From assembly GCA_964410325.1 (NCBI GenBank), contig CAYPFN010000005.1, positions 9,087-73,086 on the forward strand: a DNA stretch of 64,000 nt, read 5' to 3'. The stretch comes from an uncultured Azospirillaceae bacterium (GTDB lineage Bacteria; Pseudomonadota; Alphaproteobacteria; RF32; CAG-239). The notes under the pieces were generated by a model, which was not told the origin of the DNA, did not search any database, and was given only the letters and a program-made list of their open reading frames with translations. Below, one piece after another: positions 20,494-31,740 of this stretch. Both the position numbers and the translations under genes were made by a program. Positions within the stretch are counted from its first letter, which is position 1, and each line of letters begins with the position of its first letter.

Positions 20494-22692
20494 TTATCTG
20501 ATTGGTTTAATAACAATGGTTGACAACGGCGGCAAAACAACTTCAATTGAATAAGGTTTCATATTCCATCCTATCCATTGCGTCTCAAGCAGACCTTCGT
20601 TTTTAACACCGCTTCCCCAATAGTTTTTATCATCACTGTTAAAAATTTCCTGATAACGGCAAGCTTCATTGACACCCACCCGGAAATTATGGCGCACAAC
20701 CGGCGTAAAATTACAGATTATAATCAGATAATCATCCGGGTTATGACCGCGGCGGATATAAGAAATAACGCTATCGTCACAATCGGCATGATCAATCCAT
20801 TCAAACCCGCGATAATCAAAATCTATTTCATATAACGGTGCATTACCCTTATACATTAAGTTCAAATCCCGCACACAATTCTGCATGCCTTTATACATCG
20901 GATACTGAAGTAAATGCCAACGCAAACTCTCACTGGAATTCCATTCCCAATCCTGCCCAAACTCACAACCCATAAATAAAAGATTTTTACCTGGATGCGT
21001 CCACATAAAGCCATAATAAGCGCGCAAATTTGCAAATTTTTGCCATTCGTCGCCCGGCATTTTACCCAACATTGACCCTTTACCGTGCACAACCTCATCA
21101 TGCGAAATCGGCAGAATGAAATTTTCATTAAAGGCATATAAAAGTCCAAAAGTCAAAAGCCCATGATGATATTTGCGGTGCACTGGCTCATGACTGATAT
21201 AACGTAGCGTATCATTCATCCAGCCCATATTCCATTTATAGCCGAAACCCAAGCCACCCATGGAAGTCGGTCGGGACACCATCGGCCATGCCGTCGATTC
21301 TTCGGCACAGGTCAGTACGCCATGATTTTCCCCGTATACCAATTCATTCATTTTTCTTAAAAACGAAATAGCCTCCAGATTTTCATTGCCGCCATATTGA
21401 TTCGGTATCCACTCACCCGGCTCTCGGGAATAATCCAAATACAGCATGGAAGCCACCGCATCAACTCGCAAACCGTCGATATGATATTCTTTCATCCAAT
21501 ACAAGGCGCTGGCACACAAAATATTACAAACTTCCGTACGTCCGTAATTATAAATTTTAGTGCCCCAATCCTTATGTTCACCTTTGCGCGGGTCAGCATG
21601 TTCATACAAATGCGTTCCGTCAAATTCTACCAGTCCGTGCCCATCCTTTGGAAAATGCGCCGGAACCCAATCCATGATGACACCGATATTTGCCTGATGA
21701 AATCTATCAATCATATAACGGAAATCATCTGGCGTACCAAAACGCGATGTAGGTGCAAACAATCCCGTAACTTGGTATCCCCACGATGCATCCAGCGGAT
21801 GTTCACACAAAGGTAAAAACTCTACATGCGTGAATCCCATATTTACGACATACGGCACCAAATAATCGGCAAATTCGCGATACGTCAAATACTCTTCACC
21901 ATGCTCGCCTTTACGCCGCCATGAACCCAAATGAACTTCATAAATAGACATCGGTTTATCAAAACTGTTATAAGATTCCCGATATACCATCCACTCTCTG
22001 TCATTCCAATTATAATGATTTAAATCATAGACAATGGAAGCTGTTTTCGGACGTTTTTCAGCATAAAAAGCTACCGGATCAGATTTACACAAAATATAAT
22101 TCTGCTGAGTTTTCACTTCATATTTATAAACCTCGCCTTCACCGATTCCCGGAATAAAGATATCCCAAATACCACAGGTCGGATGTTTGCGCATCACATC
22201 AACTCGACCGTCCCAGGCATTAAAATTTCCCACTACGGAAACGCGTTTGGCATTCGGCGCCCACACGGCAAAACCGACACCTTTAACGCCATCCATTTCC
22301 ATGACATGCGCGCCAAGTTTTTTATAGATATCATGGTGATTCCCTTCGGCAAAAAGATAAATGTCTATATCGCCCAAAGTCGGCTGAAAACGATAAGTGT
22401 CTTCCTTAACGTAAACATTTCCCGAATCATTTGTGATTCGAAAACGATATTTGAAATAATCCAGCGGGCCAAAATTGATTTGATAAAACCCCCGCTCATC
22501 AAGACAGGTCATCATACCTAAAGAATTATTATTTTCATCCAAAAGTTCCACGGCTCTGGCATGAGGTTGGTAAGTGCGGATAAACACATTCTTGCTACCC
22601 TTATCACGATGGATTCCCAAAACCGCAAAAACATTGCCATGATCGCCATCAATTACCGCATTCATTTCTTCTTTAGATAATAGATTTTCCAT
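20494..22692 (-). CDS. glgB: 1,4-alpha-glucan branching enzyme GlgB
   Basis: GH13 branching-enzyme motifs. Preferred start is ATG 22692 with GGAGG RBS; the track start is 22728. Confidence 0.95.
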   Translation of the reverse strand: MENLLSKEEMNAVIDGDHGNVFAVLGIHRDKGSKNVFIRTYQPHARAVELLDENNNSLGMMTCLDERGFYQINFGPLDYFKYRFRITNDSGNVYVKEDTYRFQPTLGDIDIYLFAEGNHHDIYKKLGAHVMEMDGVKGVGFAVWAPNAKRVSVVGNFNAWDGRVDVMRKHPTCGIWDIFIPGIGEGEVYKYEVKTQQNYILCKSDPVAFYAEKRPKTASIVYDLNHYNWNDREWMVYRESYNSFDKPMSIYEVHLGSWRRKGEHGEEYLTYREFADYLVPYVVNMGFTHVEFLPLCEHPLDASWGYQVTGLFAPTSRFGTPDDFRYMIDRFHQANIGVIMDWVPAHFPKDGHGLVEFDGTHLYEHADPRKGEHKDWGTKIYNYGRTEVCNILCASALYWMKEYHIDGLRVDAVASMLYLDYSREPGEWIPNQYGGNENLEAISFLRKMNELVYGENHGVLTCAEESTAWPMVSRPTSMGGLGFGYKWNMGWMNDTLRYISHEPVHRKYHHGLLTFGLLYAFNENFILPISHDEVVHGKGSMLGKMPGDEWQKFANLRAYYGFMWTHPGKNLLFMGCEFGQDWEWNSSESLRWHLLQYPMYKGMQNCVRDLNLMYKGNAPLYEIDFDYRGFEWIDHADCDDSVISYIRRGHNPDDYLIIICNFTPVVRHNFRVGVNEACRYQEIFNSDDKNYWGSGVKNEGLLETQWIGWNMKPYSIEVVLPPLSTIVIKPIR

Positions 22693-22874
22693 TAAACCTC
22701 CTGATGTTATATAGTCAAAATAATACATTATTTAACACTTAACTTATATCTATAAAGGCATCTCAATTTAAATGCAAGAAAATAACTATACATTTTGTAT
22801 GTATTTAATATTGACTGATAATTTTTTTGCATATATATTAATCAATGTTTAGAACCTATTATTGGAGTATCACT

Positions 22875-23096
22875 ATGAATGAAAATTATATCAAGGAAGC
22901 AGCTTATTATTTATGGCAAAATGCTGGCTGCCCGTCTGGACAAGATGAAAAATTCTGGTCTATGGCTGTAGAACAACTTTCTTCTTGTTCAAAACCATCT
23001 TGCAAAAAATCTGCTTGCAAAAAATCATGCTCTTCTAGCTCTTCTTCCAAGAAAACAGCTACTAAAAGCACATCTAAAGTAAGCAGCAAAAAATAA
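22875..23096 (+). CDS. DUF2934-family small protein with Cys/Lys/Ser-rich low-complexity tail
   Basis: MNENYIKEAAYYLWQNAGCPSGQDEKFW matches the DUF2934 consensus; GGAG RBS. Confidence 0.55.
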   Translation: MNENYIKEAAYYLWQNAGCPSGQDEKFWSMAVEQLSSCSKPSCKKSACKKSCSSSSSSKKTATKSTSKVSSKK

Positions 23097-23118
23097 TATA
23101 AGAACAAATCTTATAATA

Positions 23119-23151
23119 AAAAACACTCCTTTTCACAGGAGTGTTTTTTAT
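23119..23151 (+). terminator. rho-independent terminator after DUF2934 gene
   Basis: AAACACTCCT-TTTCAC-AGGAGTGTTTTTT; a second hairpin lies at 23161..23189. Confidence 0.7.
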
Positions 23152-23199
23152 TACCAAGACAAAAAAACTCGGTTTTAAACCGAGTTTTTTCCAAAGCTG

Positions 23200-23880
23200 A
23201 TTACTGCCTTCAGTCGCAGATTTGTTCTTGCGACGACACTTCAATCGTATAAGTCAACACAGATTTTCCCTCGACTAGCACCTCAATTTACCATTCAAAA
23301 ATACTGGCAGATTTAGTGTTTCCTGAAATATTTTCGACGGTGACTTTTGCTTCATTATCGGATTCTGCGTAAAAATAATTTTTTGATTTTCACTACTGCC
23401 ATTATTAAAAGTGACTTCCGCATCATAGCCACTAACAATATTAACGCGCCAACAGCTATTCGGATTCTACTTCTGTTTTTCCTCGGATTTTTTTGTAACC
23501 TTCACAACTTTTCCATCAACAAAAACCTCAAAAAACTACCGAAGTTAACCTCATTTTTTCACCTGTGGCAACATAGCCGATAGCGTTTTCGCCGACAAAC
23601 CGCATATTGCCATCCTTATCATTTTCATAAAAGGAACAATGTCTGGCAGAACGTGCACCCTTCTCTGGATGCTTCCGGTTAATTGGCCGTATACCACGCC
23701 TTATGGCCTGTTTTATCCGCGTACACCGAACAAAAATATTCAAAAATTTTTAGATACTCTAACTGAACATTTTTATCCAAACAAATAATAGATATACTCT
23801 GTAAATTTATTTTTTTCGTAAAACGCACCATAAAAAAATCCGTCCCGAAAGACGGATTTTTTGTAAACAAAAACCAAATC
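23200..23880 (-). pseudogene. degraded gene remnant (possible adhesin/passenger-domain fragments)
   Basis: 680 bp with only short broken frames; minus-strand translations give fragments such as DAEVTFNNGSSENQ and NMRFVGENAIGYVATGEK. Confidence 0.25.
23832..23862 (-). terminator. terminator of OMP gene (bidirectional)
   Basis: AAAAAAATCCGTC-CCGAAA-GACGGATTTTTT. Confidence 0.7.
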
Positions 23881-23884
23881 CGGA

Positions 23885-24409
23885 TTAGAAATGATATCTG
23901 ACACCAACAGAAATTTCATTTAAGTCATCCAGAACGCTCTTATCAACCCAAACATGGCGATACATAGCGCGGACAGCCCACTCATCCGTAATGTTATACT
24001 GCAAACCAGCGCCTAAACGATAACCCCAACCGCTATCATTATCTTTGTTATATTTAGCATCATACCAACCGGCACCAACGGAACCGATAATTTCATATTC
24101 GCCATAACATCCCAGCGGCAGATAACCCTGAATATCTAAACCATAAGCCTGAATCTGGGAACGATAATCAGCTTTGTGTTCTTTTTTAGACAATTGATAA
24201 AAAGCTTCAACGCCAGCATAGGGCGAAATTTTTGTTCCAAGAGCAATCGTGCCTGAATGTGCTTGACCTGCCATAATGCCATCCATTGACGAATCATGGT
24301 CAACAAAAGAGTATGTGTAATCAACACCAGCATAAGGTGTGAATTCCACAGCGTTGGCATTGTAGGCAAATAAACCAGCAACGCCTGCTAACAATAACGT
24401 CTTCTTCAT
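23885..24409 (-). CDS. small outer-membrane beta-barrel protein (OmpA-like TM/Opa-like family)
   Basis: 174 aa, signal peptide, alternating amphipathic strands, C-terminal ...VGVRYHF. Confidence 0.8.
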   Translation of the reverse strand: MKKTLLLAGVAGLFAYNANAVEFTPYAGVDYTYSFVDHDSSMDGIMAGQAHSGTIALGTKISPYAGVEAFYQLSKKEHKADYRSQIQAYGLDIQGYLPLGCYGEYEIIGSVGAGWYDAKYNKDNDSGWGYRLGAGLQYNITDEWAVRAMYRHVWVDKSVLDDLNEISVGVRYHF

Positions 24410-24654
24410 TATAAACGTCCTTATAAAAAATAAAATTTACCACTATTTTTCTACATCTTAAAGATATACAGTAATAAGTTAATCCGATTCGATTTTTTAT
24501 GCAAACACAAAAAAATAAATATTAACACAATAACGCATCTAGGGTATGTATATTCAATGTGGATTTATATTTTAGGGATCTTTAATCTAATCTAAAAGTA
24601 TAATATATACATATCATCAACATATTATGAAAATAGATTTTAAGGAGTAAAGAT

Positions 24655-25599
24655 ATGAAATATGCGCAATTAAACAGCGGAGGGGAAATACCCTTTATCG
24701 GCCTCGGAACTTGGAAATCAGAACCAGGAAAAGTTTATCAAGCTATTCGCTGGGCTCTAAAACTCGGATACACCCATTTTGATTGTGCTTCGGCTTACGG
24801 CAATCAGACAGAAATCGGCCAGGCTTTGCATGATGCTTTTAAAGAAGACAACTTAAAACGTGAGGATCTATTTATCACATCAAAATTATGGAATGACTCG
24901 CACGCTCCCGATGACGTTCTTCCCGCTTTGGAAAAAACTTTAAAAGAACTCGGTCTTGACTATCTTGACTTATGGTTAATGCATTGGCCGATAGCTCAGC
25001 AAAAAGGCACCGGCGTTCCTTTTAGCGATACCGAAATGATTTCTCTAAACGACATACCACTCGAAACCACCTGGTTCGAGATGGAAAAAGCTTATCATGC
25101 CAGACTTGTAAAAGCTATAGGCACCTCAAATTTCGGCCCAAAAAATCTGCAACTGTTGCTTGACAAAGGAGAAGTCATGCCAGCCGTCAATCAGGTAGAA
25201 TGCCATCCCTATTTGCAGCAGAACACGCTTCTAAGCTTTTGCCAAAAGAACCAAATTGCATTAACCGCTTACTCGCCGCTTGGTTCCGGCGACCGCGCCG
25301 CTCGTTTAAAACATGAAAATGAGCCGTGTCTGCTGGAAGATACTATTATTGTCGGCCTTGCCAAAAAGCTAAACGCTACGCCGGCGCAAATCATTCTTGC
25401 CTGGCAAATGCAGCGCGGCGTTATCGTTATTCCCAAATCTATCCATGAGCAACGCCTGCAGGAAAACATAGCTTCCGTTAACATTATTCTGGATGATGAG
25501 GATATGCGTAAAATAGCATCTCTTGATAAGGATTACCGTTTCATCGATGGCAATAACTTTAAATACGGCGACTATACTCCGGAAAATATCTTTGCCTAA
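24655..25599 (+). CDS. aldo/keto reductase (2,5-diketo-D-gluconate reductase-like)
   Basis: 314 aa, IPFIGLGTWK...DCASAYGNQ...LWNDSH motifs. Confidence 0.9.
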   Translation: MKYAQLNSGGEIPFIGLGTWKSEPGKVYQAIRWALKLGYTHFDCASAYGNQTEIGQALHDAFKEDNLKREDLFITSKLWNDSHAPDDVLPALEKTLKELGLDYLDLWLMHWPIAQQKGTGVPFSDTEMISLNDIPLETTWFEMEKAYHARLVKAIGTSNFGPKNLQLLLDKGEVMPAVNQVECHPYLQQNTLLSFCQKNQIALTAYSPLGSGDRAARLKHENEPCLLEDTIIVGLAKKLNATPAQIILAWQMQRGVIVIPKSIHEQRLQENIASVNIILDDEDMRKIASLDKDYRFIDGNNFKYGDYTPENIFA

Positions 25600-25668
25600 T
25601 TAAAGACTTATTAAATTATTGCTGATACAATACTTATATTGGCATTATTTTTTATAAAGGATTTTAAA

Positions 25669-25929
25669 ATGAAAGCTTTAATTTATCTAATCGGCCTAAT
25701 CGCCATTGTAGTTTTAATTGTCTGGTTCGGTTATGGCATAACACCAGAAAATCAATGGAACTGGATTAAAAGTTATACAACCGATGCTTCAAGCGAAATC
25801 AGCAAACAAATATCAGATACCGAAAGCAGCGCCAGTAAACTCAAAGATCGCTTAAACGAACGTTTTGATGAAGCCGCCGATGTATATCAAGGCAAAGAAA
25901 AAGAAGACCCTTTTCAATATAATCAGTAG
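25669..25929 (+). CDS. small single-TM protein
   Basis: ATG with AAAGG SD, MKALIYLIGLIAIVVLIVWFGYG, terminator 25947..25986. Confidence 0.45.
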   Translation: MKALIYLIGLIAIVVLIVWFGYGITPENQWNWIKSYTTDASSEISKQISDTESSASKLKDRLNERFDEAADVYQGKEKEDPFQYNQ

Positions 25930-25946
25930 GTTTTAATTATCCGTTT

Positions 25947-25986
25947 ACAACAAAACCCTGTAATTTTTCAGGGTTTTGTTGTAAAG
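25947..25986 (+). terminator. rho-independent terminator
   Basis: ACAACAAAACCCTG-loop-CAGGGTTTTGTTGT. Confidence 0.65.
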
Positions 25987-26255
25987 AAAAAACATTCTTC
26001 AAACTAAAAAACACACCCTTTATTCAGTACAGATTCGTTTCAGTTTAAATTCAGCATTTCATTCAACTTACACATTATTTTATACGAACTTTGTTATTTT
26101 ATACGGACTTTTAAAAATTGTTGAATATTTTTATTTCCGCCAATCCATAAAACCAGCTTAATTCCCCTACGCTGCTTAAAGCAGGCTGTTTTTTTTCTCG
26201 ACATAAATAAAAATCGTTGTATACTTTCCATGGAAAAAACAACAAACCCAAAAAA

Positions 26256-27314
26256 ATGATATTCAACTCCAGACAAGAAGTTTTAGAAGCTCTGCGCCAT
26301 GCAGCCAAAGGAAAGGAAAGGCAAGAGATTCTAAACATTAAAAACAACCGCGATTTTATTAAGAACAGCGGTGCAAACGTTACGCTGACATCCGGCAAAA
26401 TCCGCAATGGAAAAACCATCAAGGAACAAATCCAAAACATCCATGTCGGCTTAATCACCCGCCTTAATGCCAAAACCAGAAAGCCAGACGGAATCGGCGC
26501 ATTGGGAGGTTTGGCAGAAAGAACATCAGAAGAAGAATTTGCCGCTTTGTCTGAAAATCAGCGTCGCAAACTCATAAACGTCAAAGACGACATCATCATC
26601 AAAAATAATCGGGTAATGCTGACAAACGATATTAACATTATCAGAATAAACAATGTTATGCGCGAAACCCGTGAAGAACTCGAAAATCTGGGAATAAGCA
26701 ACTACCATTTACCCGGCAGCAAAATAAAACTGATTGATATGCCAGAGGTTCGCGATGATAATTATGCCGTCAACATTTGGAATGGAAGTGGCTGCGTTTG
26801 GGCAATCACACCTTATTGCCATACTTTGGAATGCCCGCCACAAACTTTGCGGCTTTTAGCACGGCATTCACAAAATATTCAAAACCATCAAAAAAACTCG
26901 GAAGCGGCTGAATTTATCGTTTTACCTCTGTTTGAAGCCTTAAAACGCTTTGGCAATTACCAAGGTTCCATTTGCTTGGAAGACGGTCGCAACGCCCAAA
27001 CAGATTACCGCTATCCACACGAATGGCTGGCAGCCTGGCATATTGTCGCTACGGCACTCCGCCATGATAATAAAAAAATCAACCAGTTAATAAATGAACT
27101 GCAAGAAGAAACGCCTTGGCAAATTGGTTTCCGGATGGCGGCGGAAAAAATGGGCAAAGATTTAAATTTTATCACCGACATGTTAAAAGTCAGTCCCGAT
27201 ATTTTTGAGAAAACCGAATATAAATGTTCTTCTGCCGAAATGCCTGTTTTAAAAGCTGAAAACCGCCTGCTCCAAGCACAACATAAAAATAATAACGGTT
27301 CTCTGGATATTTAA
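26256..27314 (+). CDS. hypothetical protein (~352 aa), no recognisable domain
   Basis: Long clean ORF, preferred start ATG 26256 (the track uses TTG 26217); no signal peptide. Confidence 0.5.
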   Translation: MIFNSRQEVLEALRHAAKGKERQEILNIKNNRDFIKNSGANVTLTSGKIRNGKTIKEQIQNIHVGLITRLNAKTRKPDGIGALGGLAERTSEEEFAALSENQRRKLINVKDDIIIKNNRVMLTNDINIIRINNVMRETREELENLGISNYHLPGSKIKLIDMPEVRDDNYAVNIWNGSGCVWAITPYCHTLECPPQTLRLLARHSQNIQNHQKNSEAAEFIVLPLFEALKRFGNYQGSICLEDGRNAQTDYRYPHEWLAAWHIVATALRHDNKKINQLINELQEETPWQIGFRMAAEKMGKDLNFITDMLKVSPDIFEKTEYKCSSAEMPVLKAENRLLQAQHKNNNGSLDI

Positions 27315-27542
27315 AAATTTCTAAGGCACATTACATTAGGACGGAAAGGAAAATAAAACAAGAATCGTCCACTCTACACCGTTAAAAAATTTTCAATCGG
27401 TTATAAAGATTTCCGATTAGCGATGCCTATGTGTTTTTATCGGATTTTCCGTTTTAATAATCGGCATTTATCAATTTTATATCAGTCGTCCGATTATTGC
27501 GGACACACAAAGGATATTTGTCAATAATTGAGTTTAGGTCTT

Positions 27543-28229
27543 TTATTTTTTGGCGGTCGGCATCACAATCCCGCAGGAAATCACCAACTTTAACCCATCT
27601 TCTACTGACATATCCAAACGAATAACATCTTTTTCCGGAACAAAAAGCAAAAAGCCGGAAGTTGGATTCGGCGTCGTCGGAACAAAGACATTAAGCATTT
27701 TTTCTTTAAACTTTTCGGCTGTTTTACCTGTGGTTTCAGCGCTGACAAAACCAATAACCCATACGCCTTTGCGCGGATATTCCAACAAAACGACCTGGTT
27801 AAAAGATTGTTTCTGATTGGAAAAAAAAGTTTCAAAAACCTGCTTTAACAGAGAATAAACACTGGAAATAAAAGGCATCTTGGAAACTATTGTTTCTCCC
27901 AGCCGCACGAAAAACCGCCCCACATATCCTGTTGTCAGCATACCGATAAAAATTAAACCGGCCAGCAAAATAAAAACACCAGCGCCAGGAACATCAAACG
28001 GCATATACAGACCAAACTGAAACTTTGGCGGAATTAAACTGTTAACATGATAATCAATATACAGTATCAACTTATAAGCCATATAAAAAGTTATCGTTAC
28101 CGGCGCTGTTACCAAAATCCCCGTAAAAAGATAAGCCTTCAGGTGGTTTAACATACGGGCAAAAACGCCACACCGTCTCCCAGAACAATTTTCGTTTTGT
28201 TGCTCTTGTTTTTTCAGCATATCATCCAT
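27543..28229 (-). CDS. DUF502-family membrane protein
   Basis: Two TM helices and the LLEYPRKGVWVIGFV motif typical of DUF502. Confidence 0.65.
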   Translation of the reverse strand: MDDMLKKQEQQNENCSGRRCGVFARMLNHLKAYLFTGILVTAPVTITFYMAYKLILYIDYHVNSLIPPKFQFGLYMPFDVPGAGVFILLAGLIFIGMLTTGYVGRFFVRLGETIVSKMPFISSVYSLLKQVFETFFSNQKQSFNQVVLLEYPRKGVWVIGFVSAETTGKTAEKFKEKMLNVFVPTTPNPTSGFLLFVPEKDVIRLDMSVEDGLKLVISCGIVMPTAKK

Positions 28230-28266
28230 TTCCTTTCATTCTGCCACAGACAAATCGCGGATAATT

Positions 28267-30024
28267 TTATGAAGCTTTCATCATATCTTCAATGATAAAT
28301 TGCACCGACGCATTACCTTGCCAGATATCTTTGCGCAGTTGTCCAGCAACATGAAAACGTTCGCCTTTAGCCTGCAACATTGCCGCACCAACAGCCGTAT
28401 CCGCCGCTCGAAAAGCAATCGCCTTCAAACTGCCGTCGCCATCTGATCCCAAATAACAACGGACATGGCCGCTACCGATAACCGACGGCCGAATAATTTT
28501 AACATTTTCAATAACAATTCTTGGTTCAGGATTACCAGCGCCAAAAGGCTCAATATTTTGGAACTTTTCCGCCAAATCCAAATTAGCCCCCGAAAGACTG
28601 ACAACACCGTCAATCCCGATTATCGGCGCAACAGCTTCATTACCAAGTTTTTCCCTAACATATTCGCCGGCGAATTCTTTAAATGGCAGCAAATTTTCCT
28701 CATTAAGAGAAAATCCGGCCGCCATAGTATGTCCACCGCCTTTGGTTAAAATCCCCTTTTCTTTAGCCGCCATAACCAAAGCACCCACATCTATCCCCGG
28801 AATAGATCGGGCAGAACCTTTCACTTCATCATGTTCAATTGACATGACAAACGCCGGAAGATTATATCTTTCCTTAAGCTTGCCGGCAACAATACCAATG
28901 ACGCCCTGATGCCAATCCGTCCCTGACACAAACGCAATCGGATATTTCTGTGGCTCGCCCTCCAGTTGTTCAATCGCCTGCAGCAAAACATAAGCTTCAA
29001 TATCTTTGCGTTCAAGATTAAATTTGTTCAGCTCTTCCGCTAATGATTTTGCTGTCTGTTCATCTTTGACGCAAAGCAAGCGATTGCCAGCCGTGGCATC
29101 GCCAACTCGGCCACCGGCGTTAATGCGCGGACCTAAAACATACCCTAGATGAAAAGCCGTCGGCGCCTCATTTAATCCAGCGACATCAGCCAATGCTTTT
29201 AACCCCAAATTTTGCCGCAAAGACATAATTTTCAACCCTTGTTTGACATAAGCCCGGTTCAAACCCAAAAGCGGTACCACATCGCAAACCGTGCCTAGAG
29301 CAACCAAATCCAGAAGTTTAAGCAAATCTGGCGCGGCATGATTTTCGTAATATCCAGACAAACGTAGCTCCCGATTAACCGCTACAATCAACAAATAGAC
29401 CACTCCAACCGCCGCCAGATATTTCAAATAAGGATAATCATTTTCCTCATCAAGCCTTTTAGGGTTTACTACCGCCAAAACTTTCGGAAGACGCGTTTCC
29501 GTTTCATGATGATCTATCACTAAAATTTCAAATCCGTCAGCCGCAGCTTTATCTAACACTTCAAATGCTGTTGTGCCGCAATCCGTTGTCACAACCAGTC
29601 TGATATCATGAGCAGAAAACTCTTCAAAAGCTTGAAAACTTGGTCCGTATCCCTCCTCCCGGTCGGGAATATGCACCCAAACCGGCAAACCGAAAAATTC
29701 TAAAAATTGTCGCAAAACCGAACTTGATGTTGCGCCGTCAACATCATAATCGCCGATAATCCCGATTTTTTCACCGATGGTCACCGCTTTAGCCAGACGC
29801 CTGGCCGCCACATCCATATCTTTCAGACACGATGGATTCGGCATTAAATTTTGCAATTTCGGATGCAGGAATGTTTCAACCCCGTCTGCGGTAATGCCAC
29901 GCGCAACCAAAATTCTTGACACCAAATACGGCAGATTAAACTGCTGACACAGCATTTCCGTTTGCCGTTCATCAGCCTCCGTCTTTTCCCACAAATTTCC
30001 ACCTAATGATTTTTGACCATTCAT
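28267..30024 (-). CDS. recJ: single-stranded-DNA-specific exonuclease RecJ
   Basis: 585 aa, DHH (VIDHH) and DHHA1 domains. Confidence 0.9.
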   Translation of the reverse strand: MNGQKSLGGNLWEKTEADERQTEMLCQQFNLPYLVSRILVARGITADGVETFLHPKLQNLMPNPSCLKDMDVAARRLAKAVTIGEKIGIIGDYDVDGATSSSVLRQFLEFFGLPVWVHIPDREEGYGPSFQAFEEFSAHDIRLVVTTDCGTTAFEVLDKAAADGFEILVIDHHETETRLPKVLAVVNPKRLDEENDYPYLKYLAAVGVVYLLIVAVNRELRLSGYYENHAAPDLLKLLDLVALGTVCDVVPLLGLNRAYVKQGLKIMSLRQNLGLKALADVAGLNEAPTAFHLGYVLGPRINAGGRVGDATAGNRLLCVKDEQTAKSLAEELNKFNLERKDIEAYVLLQAIEQLEGEPQKYPIAFVSGTDWHQGVIGIVAGKLKERYNLPAFVMSIEHDEVKGSARSIPGIDVGALVMAAKEKGILTKGGGHTMAAGFSLNEENLLPFKEFAGEYVREKLGNEAVAPIIGIDGVVSLSGANLDLAEKFQNIEPFGAGNPEPRIVIENVKIIRPSVIGSGHVRCYLGSDGDGSLKAIAFRAADTAVGAAMLQAKGERFHVAGQLRKDIWQGNASVQFIIEDMMKAS

Positions 30025-30215
30025 TTTTCAAAACTCTTTTATTTAAGCGCTTCAATTTTAAACGCCAACATGTTGATTTGTGTCAAAATATAACATTTCC
30101 CTAAATAAAACAAGCAAAATTAAAAACTATTTATTTATAGAGACATTTTTACGTTGCAAATTTTCTGAAAATGTAATAAGTTGTTTTTATCCGTTATTTC
30201 TTGAGGAGGTTGTTC

Positions 30216-30668
30216 ATGATATCTAAATGTATTAAATTATTCGCCGTCATCTTATTGTTAACCGCTTGCGGCAAAAAAGACGACAAACTAACTGAACTAG
30301 TGTTTGTAACATCCGATGGTTCCATAACCTATCAGATTGAAACGGCTCTTACTAAAGAGGAAATGTCTCAAGGTCTGATGAACCGTGAAACTCTGGCAGA
30401 AAATTCCGGCATGTTGTTTGTCTTGCACGGACAGAATGAAATCGCCATGTGGATGAAAGATACATATATTCCTCTGGATATGGTTTTTGTTAATCAAGAA
30501 GGCAAAATTATCTGGATTTACAAAAACGCCGAACCTTTGTCCACCCATCTGATTCGTCCGCAAATCACGGAATCCCTATCTGCTGTGATTGAAATCAATG
30601 CTGGCGATGTGGATAAATACGGTATCAAAGTCGGCGATACAGTTCAACATAAACTGATAAATGGATAA
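30216..30668 (+). CDS. DUF192 (COG1430) lipoprotein
   Basis: ATG 30216 after GAGGAGG, lipobox LLLTAC, GLMNRE...MWMKDTYIPLDMVFV core. Confidence 0.7.
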   Translation: MISKCIKLFAVILLLTACGKKDDKLTELVFVTSDGSITYQIETALTKEEMSQGLMNRETLAENSGMLFVLHGQNEIAMWMKDTYIPLDMVFVNQEGKIIWIYKNAEPLSTHLIRPQITESLSAVIEINAGDVDKYGIKVGDTVQHKLING

Positions 30669-30674
30669 AATTTT

Positions 30675-30701
30675 ACCCTGCCACTCTGGCAGGTTTTTTT
30701 T
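30675..30701 (+). terminator. rho-independent terminator
   Basis: CCTGCCA-CTC-TGGCAGG + T8. Confidence 0.8.
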
Positions 30702-30978
30702 ATTTGAAAGCATTAACAAAACTCAAGCCTTTCTGATGCATAAGCTTTTTAAAAGGATACATAAAGCCTAAACCTCATAATAACTTCTATCCTTCTCCTG
30801 TATGGGTTAAAAAAACATGGATTGGTTTTGATGGTTTCATACACATCCACAAAAAATTATTTCAATCTAGCAATTCCAGCAGGACAAAATATTATTTGTA
30901 AGGCTTGCCATAAAGCAACACAAAACGCCGGATAAAAATTTATGCCGGCGTTTTACTTGGAAAAATCAGGATTTAAAC

Positions 30979-31740
30979 CTAATTGTACTTAAGCTTGTTC
31001 CACCCTTTAGGTTCTTGCTGTGTCGCTTTATTTTCTTCTGGCTGTTTTGGCACCTGCCAATTACGAACTGGAGCCTGCTGCGCTTTTTCCAGAACCAATT
31101 CCCGCTGTTCACTATTTTGTGGCACACCGATAGGCAGAATTTGCCCCAGCAAAGCCGGAGACACAAAAGTCATCTTCCTTTTCTCATAAGCTTCAATAAT
31201 AGCATTTTCAACTGCCGAAGCCGGTGAAATATTAAAGGTATTGATACTTCCGGCATAAAATACCGAAAAAGCATAACAGGGCGATGAAAACAGCACATCC
31301 GTATAATCCACACCGCGAATAAAACGCAACATCAGCCTTGGCTGGATGATGCATTGTGCCACCACATTGGAAACACTTTCCTCTTTTTTCAAAAATTCAT
31401 CAATAAACAACTGAATTTCCGCCTGACTTAACATGCCGCAAAATCCCGTAACCGCCATACTGTCAATCAAATATCCTTTGTAATCTGCATCTGGAGCTGT
31501 AACTGTATAACAAAAGGCCTGCTCAGCTTCCGTAATATTACGCATAGCATTAACCGGTATAGTATCGCGCATTTTCTGAGTAATGTCCTTTTTTTCTTCT
31601 GTCTTTTCCTGCTCCTGCCGACGCCAACTGTTGCGATCCTGCTTAAATGATTCAACACCTTCCGCCCCTTGCGCTAAAACATTAGTCGACATTAACACAC
31701 TCAAAACAAATACAAAATTTATCAGAAATTTTACTTTCAT
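30979..31740 (-). CDS. secreted hypothetical protein
   Basis: ATG 31740 with GAGGAG RBS, signal peptide MKVKFLINFVFVLSVLMSTNVLA. Confidence 0.55.
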   Translation of the reverse strand: MKVKFLINFVFVLSVLMSTNVLAQGAEGVESFKQDRNSWRRQEQEKTEEKKDITQKMRDTIPVNAMRNITEAEQAFCYTVTAPDADYKGYLIDSMAVTGFCGMLSQAEIQLFIDEFLKKEESVSNVVAQCIIQPRLMLRFIRGVDYTDVLFSSPCYAFSVFYAGSINTFNISPASAVENAIIEAYEKRKMTFVSPALLGQILPIGVPQNSEQRELVLEKAQQAPVRNWQVPKQPEENKATQQEPKGWNKLKYN

